NCBI GenBank assembly: GCA_038087875.1
Contig: JAXLNO010000114.1
Coordinates: 62,001 to 126,000, forward strand
DNA from: Malacoraja senta
Lineage: Eukaryota
Length of the DNA: 64,000 bases
Reading direction: 5' to 3'
Positions 23,386 to 37,939 of the stretch are shown here, in pieces. The position numbers were made by a program, and so were the translations under genes. Position 1 is the stretch's first letter, and every line of letters starts with the position of its first letter. Below the pieces are notes generated by a model that worked only from the letters and a program-made list of their open reading frames with translations, ran no database searches and was not told where the DNA came from.

Positions 23386-26300
23386 AAAAAAAAAAAAATT
23401 TTAAATACATTTTATTTATTAGAAGTACATTAAATTACAAACAATTACATTAGTACACATCACGTATATCTTATTACAATTAATGTGCTCCTTCATTTCT
23501 TAAAGCTAATAAAAGAAAAGGTTGAAATTAAGAAGAAAGAGAAAGTGAAAGAAAATAGTGATAGTGTAAAAGCGTGTCAAAAGGAAAGAACAGAGACCCT
23601 GTAGAAGAGAAATTAGAGAGAAGAGATTAAGAGATTGACCCTAGAGAAGAAAAAAGAGAAAGAAGAGAAAAGAGAAAAACAAGTACTCTATTATGAGCAT
23701 CACGCAAATGGGATATACCAACTCACCACCTTTCATCCCCCTTTACCAAGTCCTGACATCGGTACCTTTTTAAAGTACTTTTGCACCTTATGCTTGTAAT
23801 AGTTCTATAAATGAAGACCACGTCAGATGGATCTGATTTTTGCCTGCCAGGAGGAGTCTTATCTCTTCCAGGTGTAATGTTTCAAACATGTTTGAAATCC
23901 ACATGTTTATAGTTGGTATTGGAGCATTTTTCCAAAATTTTAGGATAAGCTTGTTTCCAGTTATTAACCCGTAATCAAATAGGTTCTTTTGAAACACATT
24001 TAGTTCAGGGCTACCTTCCGTTGTTCCGAAGATATTCCATTCTGCTTTTGGTATCAGTTTTATTTTTTAATAATTTTGTAAAGATTTCAAAAATTTAAAT
24101 CGAAAATGTTTGAATTTTTGTACAAAAAACAAATGAGTGCGCTATAGTAGCTTCTTGAGACTGACATTTATCGCAAATAGGTGATACATTGGAGAAAATT
24201 TTACTAATTTTCGTTTTTGAGTAATATAATCTGTGTAAGATTTTGAATTGTATTAAAGTGCGTCTTACATTAATCGAGCATTTATGCACATTTAATAAAT
24301 GTTCATTCCACCTCTCCTTCGAAATTTTAATAGCTAATTCTTGTTCGCAGTCTCTTCTAATACCGTCCGCAGTTGGTATTTCAACATTTAAGATAATATT
24401 ATACAAATAAGATATTAAGTTTGCTGATTCAGCATTTATCTGCATTGCTTCGTCCAGTAAATCTGGTGGCATGTTATAATAATCTTTTATATATTTTTTC
24501 AGATAATCACATATTTGGAAATATTTAAAGTATTGATTGTTTCCCTGATTATATTTCATTTGTAATTGTTGGAATGATAGTAATTTTCCAGTTTCATACA
24601 AGTCTCCGAGCGTTTTAATTCCTAATCTTTCCCATTGTATAAATGATTTGTCTATAATGGAGGGTTTAAACAAAGGGTTATTAACTATTGGGGATAAAAG
24701 CGATAGATTTCTTAATTTTAAATTTTGTTTTATTTCTTTCCAAGTTTTAATTGTACTATGTATAATTGGATTTTTGTTATAATTTATATTATTCAGTTTC
24801 ATTGGTGAGAGGAGGCTCGCTCCAATATTACAAGAGGAGCAGTCTTCTCTCTCCATTATAATCCAATCCACCTGCTGTGCAGAGTTGTCCATCAGTTGAA
24901 TCATATTTTTAATATTTACTGACCAATAATAGTACATAAAGTTAGGGAGTGCTAAGCCACCTAATACTTTAGGTTTGTTCAAATGTGTTCTTTGTATTCT
25001 ATGGGATTTATAATCCCATATAAAATTAGTAATGTCTGAATCTAATTTTTTTAAAAAACTTTTTTGGTAAATATATAGGAATTGATTGAAATAGGTATAG
25101 AATTTGTGGTAAAAAGATCATTTTTATTGCATTTATTCGGCCTATTAAAGACATCGGAAGCGTTTTCCAGAATTTAATTAATGTATTTAATTTCTTAAGT
25201 AGAGGATCATAATTTGCTTTAAACATGCCTTGATATATTCTGGTAATTTCAATACCCAAGTATTTAAATTTTTCTGTAGCTATTTTAGAAGGGATTTTTA
25301 AGAGATGTGTTGAGTCTTTCGGTTTTATTGACATAATTTCACTTTTATTCCAATTTATTCTGTATCCAGAAAAGGATCCAAAATCCTCAATTAGATTTAA
25401 TATGTTTGGTATAGTAATTTGAGGTTTTGTGATGTACAATAATATATCATCCGCGTATATCAAGGCTTTGTATTGTATCCAGGGTAAGGGGGGGAGAATG
25501 AGGGCCAGGGCAGTTTACTGTTCTGGATGTCAGATGTGGGAGGTCATGGAGTCCGATACCCCTCCAGACGTCCACATCTGTGCCAGGTGCGTCGAGATGG
25601 GGTTTCTAAGGGACCGTGTTAGGAACCTGGAGCAGCAGCTCGATGACCTCTGTCTGATCAGGGAGAGTGAGGAGGTCATAGAAAGGAGTTATAGGGAGGT
25701 GGCCACTCCAAGACCACGGGAGGCAGACAAGAGGGTCACGGTTAGGAAGGGCAAGGGGCAGAGGCGGGGACTAGTGAGTACCCCGGTGGCTGTACACCTT
25801 GAAAATAAGTACTCCTGTTTGAGTACTGTTGGGGGGGGACAGCCTTCCTGCGGATAGCGACAGCAGCCGGGCCTCCGGCACAGAGACCAGCCCTGTTGCT
25901 CAGAAGGGTAGGGAAAAGAAGAGGAGGGCAATAGTAATAGGGGACTCTATGGTTAGGGGGTCGGATAGGCGATTCTGTGGACGCAGTCAGGAGACCCGGA
26001 TGGTAGTTTGCCTCCCTGGTGCCAGGGTCAGGGATGTGTCTGAACGCGTCCAAGATATCCTGAAATCGGAGGGAGAGGAGCCTGAGGTTGTGGTACATAT
26101 AGGTACCAATGACATAGGCAGAAAAAATGAAGAGGTCCTGAAAGGAGAATTTAGGGAGTTGGAAGGAGAGTTAAGGAGAAGGACCGCAAAGGTAACAATC
26201 TCAGGATTACTACCTGTGGCACGCGACAGTGAGAGTGGGAATGGAATGAGGTGGAGGATAAATGCGTGGCTGAGGAACTGGTGCAGTGGGCAGGGATTCA

Positions 26301-26902
26301 AATTTCTCGATCATTGGGACCTCTTTTGGGGAAGGTGACCTGTACAGAAAGGACGGGTTGCACTTGAACCCGAGAGGGACCAATATCCTGGCGGGGAGAT
26401 TTGCAAAGGCTACTGGGGAGACTTTAAACTAGAACGGTTGGGGGGGGAGGGACTCAAATAGAGAAAACAAGTAGAAAATGTGGGAGGCAGGAGGCAGAGA
26501 AGGGAAGCACTCGGACTCAAAATGTAGGGGAGAAAGAAGAAAAAGATAATAAACAGAGAATAAGTGGTGGTGGGTTTCTTAAATGTGTATATTTTAATGC
26601 TAGGAGCATTGTAAGAAAGGTGGATGAGCTTAGAGCCTGGATTGACACCTGGAAGTATGATGTTGTGGCGATCAGTGAAACATGGTTGCAGGAGGGCTGT
26701 GATTGGAAACTAAATATTCCAAGATTTCGTTGCTTCAGGGGTGATAGAATTGGAGGGGCAAGAGGTGGGGATGTTGCATTGCTTGTCAAGGAAGATATTA
26801 CAGCAGTGCTTTGGCAGGATAGATTAGAGGGCTCGTCTAGGGAGGCTATTTGGGTGGAACTGAGAAATGGGAAAGGTGTAGCAACACTTATAGGGGTGTA
26901 TT

Positions 26903-27136
26903 TTTTAGAGATTAGAGATTAGAGATTCCTTTATTTGTCATTCAGACCTTTCGGTCTGAACGAAATTTCGTTGCCTGCAGTCATACATATAATAAACACA
27001 CAATAAACACAAATTAACATCCACCACAGTGAGTTCACCAGGCACCTCCTCACTGTGATGGAGGCAAAAGTCTTAAAGTCTCTGTCTCTTCCCTCTTTGT
27101 TCTCCCTCTGCGCTGAGGCGATCCAGGCTTCTGATG
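26903..27136 (-). mobile_element. Short LINE 3'-end insertion inside CR1
   Basis: Interrupts the CR1 GVYYRPP motif; duplicated tgtatt flanks; minus-strand aataaa plus (aatctct)n tail. Confidence 0.65.
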
Positions 27137-28519
27137 CTGTATTATAGACCGCCAAATGGGGAGCGAGAATTGGAAGAGCAAATATGTAAGGAGATAGCAG
27201 ATATTAGTCGTAAGCACAAGGTAGTGATTGTGGGAGATTTCAATTTTCCACACATAGACTGGGAAACACATTCTGTAAAAGGGCTGGATGGTTTGGAGTT
27301 TGTAAATTGTGTGCAGGATAGTTTTTTGCAGCAATACATAGAGGTACCTACTAGAGAAGGGGCAGTGCTGGACCTCCTGTTAGGAAATGAGACAGGGCAG
27401 GTGGCGGAGGTATGCGTCGGGGAGCACTTCGGGTCCAGTGATCACAATACCATTAGTTTCAATATAATTATGGAGAGGGTCAGAACTGGACCTAGGGTTG
27501 AGATTTTTGATTGGAGAAAGGCTAACTTTGAGGAGATGCAAAAGGATTTAAAAGGAATGAATTGGGACATGTTGTTTTATGGGAAGGATGTAGAAGAGAA
27601 ATGGAGGACATTTAAGGGTGACATTTTAAGAGTACAGAATCTTTATGTCCCTGTTCGGTTGAAAGGAAATAGTAAAAATTGGAAAGAGCCATGGTTTTCA
27701 AGGGAAATTGGACACTTGGTTCGGAAAAAGAGATCTACAAGAATTATAGGCAGCATGGAGTAAATGAGGTGCTTGAGGAGTATAAAGAATGTAAAAAGAA
27801 TATTAAGAAAGACATTTAAAAAGCTAAAAGAAGATATGAGGTTGCTTTGGCAAGTAAGGTGAAAGTAAATCCAAAGGGGTTCTACAGCTATATTAATAGC
27901 AAAAGGATAACAAGGAATAAAATTGGTCCATTGGAGAGTCAGAGTGGACAACTATCTGCAGAGCCAAAAGAGATGGGGGAGATATTGAACAATTTCTTTT
28001 CTTCGGTATTCACCAAGGAGAAGGATATGGAATCATGTGAGGTAAGGGAAACAAGCAGAGTAGCAATGGAAACTATGAGATTCAAAGAAGAGGAGGTGCG
28101 GACACTTTTGAAAAATATGAAAATGGATAAGTCTCCAGGTCCTGTCAGGATATTCCCTAGGTCATTGAGGGAAGTTAGTGTAGAAATAGCAGGGCTATGA
28201 CAGAAATATTTCAAATGTCATTAGAAACGGGAATAGTGCCGGAGGATTGGCGTACTGCGCATGTTGTTCCATTGTTTAAAAAGGGTTCTAAGAGTAAACC
28301 TAGCAATTATAGACCTGTTAGTTTGACGTCAGTGGTGGGCAAATTAATGGAAAGGATACTTAAAGATAATATATATAAGTATCTGGATAAGCAGGGTCTG
28401 ATTAGGAACAGTCAACATGGATTTGTGCCTGGAAGGTCATGTTTGACTAATCTTCTTGAATTTTTCGAAGAGTTTACTAGGGAAACTGATGAGGGTAAAG
28501 CAGTGGATGTTGTCTATAT

Positions 28520-28676
28520 AAAGGACAAAGGACATTTATTGTCACATACACCAAATGGTGTAGTGAAATTTGTTCTTCCCATGCAGCACAAATAGACACA
28601 ACATTAAAGAAATTTAACATAAAACATAAAAACATCCCCCCACAATGGTTCCCACTGTGGGGGAAGGCACAAGGGT
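28520..28676 (-). mobile_element. Short LINE 3'-end insertion inside CR1 RT
   Basis: Interrupts VDVVY/MDFSKAFDKV (compare the intact copy at 35658-36854); minus-strand gtgacaataaa plus (tgtcctt)n tail. Confidence 0.65.
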
Positions 28677-31600
28677 CTTCAGTAAGGCCTTTGACAAGGT
28701 TCCTCATGGAAGATTGGTTAAGAAGTTTCAATTGTTGTGTATTAATGGTGGAGTAGCAAGATGGATTCAATAGTGGCTGAATGGAAGATGCCAGAGAGTA
28801 ATGGTGGATGGCTGTTTGTTAGGTTGGAGGCCGGTGACTAGTGGGGTGCCTCAGGGGTCTGTGTTGGGTCTACTGTTGTTTGTCATGTACATCAATGATC
28901 TGGATGATGGTGTGGAAAATTGGATTAGTAAGTATGCAGATGATACTAAGATATGTGGTGTTGTGGATAATGAAGTAGATTTTCAAAGTCCACAGAGAGA
29001 TTTAGGCCATTTGGAAGAGTGGGCTGAAAGATGGCAGATGGAGTTTAATACTGATAAATGTGAGGTGCTACATCTCGGCAGGACAAATCAAAATAGGACG
29101 TACATGGTAAATGGTAGCGAATTGAGGAATGCAGTTGAACAGAGGGATCTAGGAATAACTGTGCATAGTTCCCTGAAGGTGGAATCTCATGTAGATAGGG
29201 TGGTAAAGAAAGCTTTTGCTGTGCTGGCCTTTATAAATCAGAGCATTGAATATAGAAGTTGGGATGTAATGTTAAAATTGTACAAGGCATTGGTGAGGTC
29301 AATTCTGGAGTATGGAGTACCATTTTGGTCGCCTAATTATAGGAAGGATGTCAACAAAATAGAGAGAGTACAGAGGAGATTTACTAGAATGTTGCCTGGG
29401 TTTCAGCAACTAAGTTACAGAGAAAGGTTGAACAAGTTAGGTCTTTATTCTTTGGAGCGCAGAAGGTTAAGAGGGGACTTGATAGAGGTCTTTAAAATTA
29501 TGAGCGGGTTAGACAGAGTGGACGTGGATACGCTTTTCCCATTGAGAGTAGGGAAGATTCAAACAAGGAGACATGACTTGAGAATTAAGGGACAGAAGTT
29601 TAGGGGTAACATTAGGGGTAACTTCTTTACTCAGAGTGGTAGCTGTGTGGAATGAGCTTCCAGTGGAAGTGGTGGAGGCAGGTTCGATTTTATCCTTTAA
29701 AAATAGATTGGATGGGTATATGGACGGGAAAGGAATGGAGGGTTATGGTCTGAGTGCAGGTAGATGGGACTAGGGGGAAGTAAAATAAAAAAAAAAAGGG
29801 CTTGACTTGAAGGGCCGAGATGGCCTGTTTCCGTGTAGTTATGGTTATATGGTATAAATATATTTTATTTTTGAATATTTAGTGTTATAGCCATGGATAT
29901 CAGGGTGTATTCTAATTTTTTCCGCTATAGGTTCAATTATAAGAGGAAATAACAGCGGTGATAATGAGCATCCTTGTCTATTACCCCTTGATAATTGGAA
30001 TTTCGAAGATAATATGTTATTAGTTAATATTCTAGCTGTAGGCTTATTATATAATAATTTAATCCATAGAATGAAATTCTGTCCCAATTGAAATTTTGTA
30101 ATACTTTAACCATATAATTCCATTCTACTTGATCAAATGCTTTTTCAGCGTCCAACGAAATAATTGATAATTCTTGTTCTTTGGTTATGTGTGAGTGCAT
30201 TATATTGAGCAGACGTCTCATATTATTAGATGAATGTCTCTTAGGGATAAACCCCGTTTGATCTGGGTTTATTAATGTACTAATATACTTACTTAATCTT
30301 CTAGCTAATGTTTTCGCTAATATTTTTTGATCTGTATTTAACAATGCGATAGCTCTATATGAACCCGGTTCTTCTATATCTGTCTTTTTTTAGTATTAAT
30401 GTGATCGTTGATTCAGCTAGTGTATCAGGTAATATTTGTTCTTTAAAGGCATATATATACATTTTCTGTAAACGTGGTATAATTTTGTCATGAAAACTTT
30501 TATAAAATTCATTATTAAATCCGTCAGGACCTGGAGTTTTTCCGTTCTTTAATGAAGATATTGTATCTTCTAATTCCTTAATTGAGATTTGTGCACTCAA
30601 TTCCTCTTGTTCCTTCAACTCTAACTTTGGAAGATTACAGTTATCCAAGAACTCTGTAATTTTATTGGTGTCCATTGTCGTTTTGGATGTGTACAAATTC
30701 TCATAAAATTGCGCAAATCTTTTATTGATATCAATCGGTAAAGTTAATGATTCCCCTCTATCTGATTTAATCTTTTGAATCGTGTGTTCTTTGTCTCGTT
30801 TTTTTAGCTGACGAGCCAAGAGTTTGTGTGGTTTATCCCCAAATTCAAAGTGTTCCTGTCTTGTAATTTGGAGAAGTCTTATAAGTTTGGCTGATAATAA
30901 TTTATTTAATTTAAATTTCAGAATTATTATTTTATTGTGTTTATCCATAGTTGGATCTTTAGCATTATCTATATCCAGTTGCCTAATTTGTTCTTCTAAC
31001 TGTCTGTTCATTCTTATTCTTTTTATTTAGAAAAGCTTGGTATGAGATTATAACACCTCTAATAAATGCTTTGAAAGATTCCCAGGATCAGGCTAGATTG
31101 AGGGCGAATTGGATAGGTCAAATATATCATTCTTCACTCACTTCGAAATCTAGAGGTACGTCAATCATTATTTGAAAAAGCATACCATTCAAAGCAAAGA
31201 ATACCATAACAGATAAGGAAGGGAGATATTTGATAGTTACCGGAGAAATTCATGATACCCCAATTACCTTGGTAAATATATACGCGCCTAAGTTTGATAA
31301 TCCTAATTTTTTCAATAAAATTCTGAACATAATCGCAGAATCTAATTACCAAAATGTTATAATAGGAGGAGACTTTAACTGTTTTAGATCCGTATTTAGA
31401 TAAATCTAGCCAAAAACAGAGAGGTAATATGAAATCTGAAACTCGTGAACTCTTAAATACTTACATAAATAATACCAATATAACAGATGTTTGGAGAATT
31501 GCTAATCCGACTGGCAGGGAATACTCGTTTTATTCAATGGTACACAAAACATACTCACGTATAGATTATTTCCTGGTGGATACAAAATTAATCCCTCACA

Positions 31601-32955
31601 CTGTGAACCCAATATACCATACCAACTCGATTTCAGACCATTCACCACTAACTTTCTTTCTAAAACTGGAAGGAATGTCTAAGAACAAATCGTTTTGGAG
31701 GTTCAATTCTCAAATCCTAAAAGACCCGCAAGGGAGTATGTATCTAAAAAAAAAATGGACGTCTTTTTTGAAATAAATGACACTCCAAATATATCGCCTA
31801 CTTTACTATGGGAATCTTTTAAAGCATTTATTAGAGGTGTTATAATCTCATACCAAGCTTTTCAAAATAAAAAGAATAAGAATGAACAAAGACAGTTAGA
31901 AGAACAAATTAGACAACTGGATATAGATAATGCTAAAGATCCATCTATGGATAAACATAATAAAATAATAATTCTGAAATTTAAATTAAATAAATTATTA
32001 TCAGCCAAACTTATAAGACTTTTCCAAATTACAAGACAGGAACACTTTGAATTTGGGGATAAACCACACAAACATTTGGCTCGTCAGCTAAAAAAACGAG
32101 AAAAAGAACATACGATTCAAAAGATTAAATCAGATAGAGGGGAATCACTAACTTTACCGAATTATATTAATAAAAGATTTGCGCAATTTTATGAGAATTT
32201 GTACACATCCAAAACGACAATGGACACCAATAAAATTACAGATTTCTTGGATAACTGTAATCTTCAAAAGTTAGAGTTGAAGGAACAAGAGGAATTGGGT
32301 GCACAAATTTCAATCAAGGAGTTAGAAGACACAATAAATTCATTAAAGAATGGAAAAACTCCAGGTCCTGACGGATTTACTAATAAATTTTATAAATGTT
32401 TTCTTGACAAAATTATATCACGGTTACAAAAAATGTATCAATATGCCTTTAAAGAACAAATATTACCTGATACATTAGCTGAATCAACGATCACATTAAT
32501 AGTCAAAAAAGACAAAGTTATAAAAGAACCGGGTTCATATAGAGCTATAGCATTGTTAAATACAGATCAAAAAATATTAGCGAAAACATTGGCTAGATTA
32601 AGTAAATACATTAGTAAATTAATAAACCCAGATCAAACGGGGTTTATCCCTAAGAGATATTCATCTAATAATATGAGACGACTACTCGATATAATGCACT
32701 CACACAAAATTGAAGAACAAGAATTATCAATTATTTCGTTGGATGCTGAAAAAGCATATGATCAAGTAGAATGGAATTATATGGATAAAGTATTACAAAA
32801 ATTCCAATTGGGAAAGAATTTTATTCTATGGATTAAATTATGATATAATAAGCCTACAGCTAGAATATTAACTGATAACATATTATCTTCGAAATTCCAA
32901 CTATCAAGGGGTAACAGACAAGGATGCTCATTATCACCGCAGTTATTTGCTCTTA

Positions 32956-34564
32956 CAGTGGCTTGCAAAAGTTTTCATACCCCTTGAACTTTTCCACATT
33001 TTGTCACGTTACAACCACAAACGTAAATGTATTTTATTGGGATTTTATGTGATAGACCAACACAAAGTGGTGCATAATTGTGAAGTGGAAGGAAAATGAT
33101 ACATGGTTTTCAAATATTTTTACAAATAAAAAACTGAAAAGTGTCGCGTGCAAAAGTATTCAGCCCCCCTGAGTCAATACTTTGTAGAACCACCTTTCGC
33201 TGCAATAACTGCTGCAAGTCTTTTGGGGTATGTCTCTACCAGCTTTGCACATCTAGAGACTGAAATTTGTGCCCATTCTTCTTTGCAAAATAGCTCAAGC
33301 TCAGTCAGATTGGATGGAGAGCGTCTGTGAACAGCAATTTTCAAGTCTTGCCAGAGATTCTCAATTGGATTTAGGTCTGGACTTTGACTGGGCCATTCTA
33401 ACACATGAATATGCTTTGATCTAAACCAATCTATTGTAGCTCTGGTTGTATGTTTAGGGTCGTTGTCCTGCTGGAAGGTGAACCTCCGCCCCAGTCTCAA
33501 GTCTTTTGCAGACTCTAACAGGTTTTCTTCCAAGATTGCCCTGTATTTGGCTCCATCCATCTTCCCATCAACTCTTCCCTGTACCTGCTGAAGAAAAGCA
33601 TCCCCACAGCATGATGCTGCCACCACCATGTTTCACAGTGGGGATGGTGTGTTCAGGGTGATGTGCAGTGTTAGGTTTCCGCCACACATAGCGTTTTACA
33701 TTTAGGCCAAAAACTTCAATTTTGGTCTCATCTGACCAGAGCACCTTCCTCCACATGTTTGCTGTGTCCCCCACATGGCTTGTGGCAAACTGGAAACGGG
33801 ACTTCTTATGGCTTTTTTTCAACAATGGCTTTCTTCTTGCCACTCTTTCATAAAGGCCCGATTTGTGGAGTGCACGACTAATAGTTGTCCTATGGACAGA
33901 TTCTCCCACCTGAGCTGTGGATCTCTGCAGCTCCTCCAGAGTTACCATGGGCCTCTTGGCTGCTTCTCTGATCAATGCTCTGCTTGCCCAGCCTGTCAGT
34001 TTAGGTGGACGGCGATGTCTTGGTAGGTTCGCAGTTGTGCCATACTCTTTCCATTTTCGGATGATGGATTGAACAGTGCTCCGTGAGATATTCAAAGCTT
34101 GGGATATTTTTTTACAAACCTAACCCTGCTTTAAACTTCTCCACAACTTTATCCCTGACCTGTCTGGTGTGTTCCTTGGGCTTCATGATGCTGTTTGTTC
34201 ACTAATGTTCTCTAACAAACCTCTGAGGCCTTCACAGAACAGCTGTATTTATACTGAGATTAGATTACACACAAGTGGACTCTATTTACTAATTAGGTGA
34301 CTTCTGAAGGCAATTGGTTGCACTGGATTTTATTTAGGGGTATCAGAGTAAAGGGGGCTGAATACTTTTGCACACGACACTTTTCAGTTTTTTATTTGTA
34401 AAAAAATTTGAAAACCATGTATCATTTTCCTTCCACTTCACAATTATGCGCCACTTAGTGTTGGTCTATCACATAAAATCCCAATAAAATACATTTACGT
34501 TTGTGGTTGTAACGTGACAAAATGTGGAAAAGATCAAGGGGTATGAATACTTTTGCAAGCCATG
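32956..34564 (-). mobile_element. Tc1-like DNA transposon (DD34E) with ~210-bp TIRs
   Basis: Starts TA|cagtggcttgcaaaag and ends cttttgcaagccatg; long TIRs with internal repeats; transposase [15 protein letters not shown] and [11 protein letters not shown] split into ORFs 33568-34095 and 33174-33629. Confidence 0.95.
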
Positions 34565-35539
34565 TTTAATTGAAACTTTAGCGGAAAAAATTAGAACACA
34601 TCCAGATATCCATGGCTATAACACTAAATATTCAAATATTAAAATATCTTTATACGCGGATGATATATTATTGTACATCACAAAACCTCAAATTACTATA
34701 CCCAACATACTAAATCTAATTGAGGATTTTGGATCCTTTTCTGGATACAGAATAAATTGGAATAAAAGTGAAATTATGTCAATAAAACCGAAAGACTCAA
34801 CACATCTCTTAAAATTCCCTTTTAAAATAGCTACAGAAAAATTTAAATACTTGGGTATTGAAATTACCAGAACATATCAAGGCATGTTCAAAGCAAATTA
34901 TAATCCTCTACTTAATAAATTAAATACATTAATTACATTTTGGAAAACGCTGCCGATGTCTTTACTATGCCGAATAAATGCAATAAAAATGATCTTTTTA
35001 CCACAAATTCTATGCCTATTTCAATCAATTCCTATATATTTACCAAAGAAGTTTTTTTTTAAATTGGATTCAGACATTACTAATTTTATATGGGATTATA
35101 AATCCCATAGAATACAAAGAGCACATTTGAACAAAGCTAAAGTATTAGGGGGCTTAGCACTCCCTAACTTTATGTATTATTATTGGTCAGTAAATAATAA
35201 AAATATGATTCAACTGATGGACAACTCTGCCCAGCAGGTGGACTGGATTATAATGGAGAGAGAAGACTGCTCCTCTTGTAATATTGGAGCGATCCTCCTC
35301 TCACCAATGAAACTGAATAACATAAATTATAACAAAAACCCAATTATACATAGTACAATTAGAACTTGGAAACAAATAAAACAAAATTTAAAATTAAGAA
35401 ATCTATCGCTTTTATCCCCAATAGTTAATAACCCTTTGTTTAATCCCTCTATTACAGACAAATCATTTATACAATGAAATATTAGGAATTAAAACGCTCG
35501 GAGACTTGTATGAAACTGGAAAATTACTATCATTCCATA

Positions 35540-36905
35540 TATAACCATATATAACCATATAACCATAACAGCACGGAAACAGGCCATCTCGGCCCTTCAA
35601 GTCCGTGCTGAACATTTTTTTAAAATTTTTTTTAAAATTAAAAATAAATACTTCCCCCTAGTCCCATCTACCTGCACTCAGACCATAACCCTCCATTCCT
35701 TTCCCGTCCATATACCCATCCAATCTATTTTTAAAGGATAACATCGAACCTGCCTCCACCACTTCCACTGGAAGCTCATTCCACACAGCTACCACTCTCT
35801 GAGTAAAGAAGTTCCTGCTAATGTCCCCCCTAAACTTCTGTCCCTTAATTCTCAAGTCATGTCCCCTTGTTTGAATCTTCCCTAGTCTCAATGGGAAAAG
35901 CTTATCCACGTCCACTCTGTCTAACCCGCTCATAATTTTAAAGACCTCTATCAAGTCCCCTCTTAACCTTCTGTGCTCCAAACAATAAAGACCTAACTTG
36001 TTCAACCTTTCTCTGTAACTTAGTTGCTGAAACCCAGGCAACATTCTAGTAAATCTCCTCTGTACTCTCTCTATTTTGTTGACATCCTTCCTATAATTAG
36101 GCGACCAAAATTGTACTCCATACTCCAGAATTGTCCTCACCAATGCCTTGTACAATTTTAACATTACATCCCAACTTCTATATCCAATGCTCTGATTTAT
36201 AATGGCCAGCACACCAAAAGCTTTCTTTACCACCCTATCTACATGAGATTCCACCTTCAGGGAACTATGCACAGTTATTCCTAGATCCCTCTGTTCAACT
36301 GCATTCCTCAATTCGCTACCATTTACCGTGTACGTCCTATTTTGATTTGTCCTGCCGAGATGTAGCACCTCACATTTGTCAGCATTAAACTCCATCTGCC
36401 ATCTTTCAGCCCACTCTTCCAAATGGCCTAAATCTCTCTGTAGACTTTGAAAATCTACTTCATTATCCACAACACCACCTATCTTAGTATCATCTGCATA
36501 CTTACTAATCCAATTTTCCACACCATCATCTAGATCATTGATGTACATGACAAACAACAGTGGACCCAACACAGACCCCTGAGGCACCCCACTAGTCACC
36601 GGCCTCCAACCTGACAAACAGCCATCCACCATTACTCTCTGGCATCTCCCATTCAGCCACTGTTGAATCCATCTTGCTACTCCACCATTAATACCCAACA
36701 GTTGAATCTTCTTAACCAACCTTCCATGAGGAACCTTGTCAAAGGCCTTACTGAAGTCCATATAGACAACATCCACTGCTTTACCCTCATCAATTTCCCT
36801 AGTAACCTCTTCGAAAAATTCAAGAAGATTAGTCAAGCATGACCTTCCAGGCACAAATCCATGTTGACTGTTCCTAATCAGACCCTGCTTATCCAGATGC
36901 TTATA
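35540..36905 (-). mobile_element. 5'-truncated CR1 with a 398-aa open RT segment
   Basis: ORF 35658-36854 has DFSKAFDKV, SGVPQGSVLGP and YADDTK; (atatggtt)n-like tail; same subfamily as 25462-29845. Confidence 0.95.
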
Positions 36906-37939
36906 TATATTATAAAAGCTGAATCAGCAAACTTAATATCGTATTTGTATAATATTATCTTAAATGTAGAAATACCAACTACGGAAGGTATTAGAAGAGA
37001 CTGGGAACAAGAATTAGCTATTAAAATTTCAAAGGAAAGGTGGAATGAACATTTATTAAATGTGCATAAATGCTCGATTAATGTAAAACACACATTAATA
37101 CAATTCAAAATTTTACACGGATTATTATACTCAAAAAACAAAATTAATAAAATTTCCCCCAATGTATCATCTATTTGCGATAAATGTCAGTCTCAAGAAG
37201 CTACTATAGCGCACTCATTTGTTTTTTGTACAAAAATTCAAAAATTTTGGATTGAAATTTTTGAAATCTTTACAAAATTATTTAAAATAAATCTGACACC
37301 AAAAGCAGAATGGAATATCTTCGGAACAACGGAAGATAGCCCTGAACTAAATGTGTTTCAAAAGAACCTAGTTGATTACGGGTTAATAACTGGAAAAAAG
37401 CTTATCCTAAAATTTTGGGAAAAACGCTCCAATACCAACTATAAACATGTGCATTTCAAACATGTTTGAAACATTACACCTAGAAGAGATAAGACTCCTC
37501 CTGGCAGGCAAATCAGATCACTTCCATCTGACGTGGTCTGCATTTATAGAACTATTACAAGCATAAGGTGCAAAAGTACTTTAAAAATGTACCGATGTCA
37601 GGTAAAGGGGGATGAAGGGTGGCGAGTTGGTATATCCCATTTGCGAGATGCTCATAATAAAGTACTTGTTTTTCTCTTTTCTCTTCTTTCTCTTTTTTTT
37701 CTTCTTTAGGGTCCATCTCTTAATCTTTTCTCTCTAATTTCTTTTCTACAGGGTCTCTGTTCTTTCCTGTTGACACGTTTTTACACTTTCACTATTTTCC
37801 TTCACTTTCTCTTTTTTCTTAATTTCAACCTTTCTTTTTATTAGTTTTAAAAAATGACGGAGTACATTAATTGTAATAAGATATACGTGATGAGTACTAA
37901 TGTAATTTTTTGTAATTTAATAAAAAAAAATAAAAAATA

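Larger units (their letters stand above)
25462..29845 (+). mobile_element. Near full-length CR1 LINE with esterase-type ORF1
   Basis: ORF1 has CSGCQMW..HICARC zinc finger/zipper plus SGNH esterase (IGDSMVR, HIGTND, DGLHLN). ORF2 has APE (NARSI, ISETWL, GDFNFP, SDH) and RT (SQHGF, SGVPQGSVLG, YADDTK). Several frameshifts. Confidence 0.95.
23400..31084 (-). mobile_element. 5'-truncated L1, split by a CR1 insertion (L1 pieces 23400-25460 and 29845-31084)
   Basis: ORF2 pieces: [20 protein letters not shown] and GNRQGCSLSPLLF (29845-31011); YADD through CDKC...H (23788-25463). The 3' UTR matches 37565-37935 in reverse. Confidence 0.92.
31085..37937 (+). mobile_element. 5'-truncated L1, split by Tc1 and CR1 (pieces 31085-32955, 34565-35540, 36910-37937)
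   Basis: APE (NIYAP, GGDFNC, YSRIDY, SDHSP), RT (LDAEKAYDQ, GNRQG, YADD), CDKC..H C-terminus, A-rich tail. Same family as 23400-31084. Confidence 0.92.

Noticed and set aside
25829..26338. SGNH/GDSL esterase as a host gene
   Set aside because: It is the known esterase domain of CR1 ORF1, directly upstream of CR1 ORF2.
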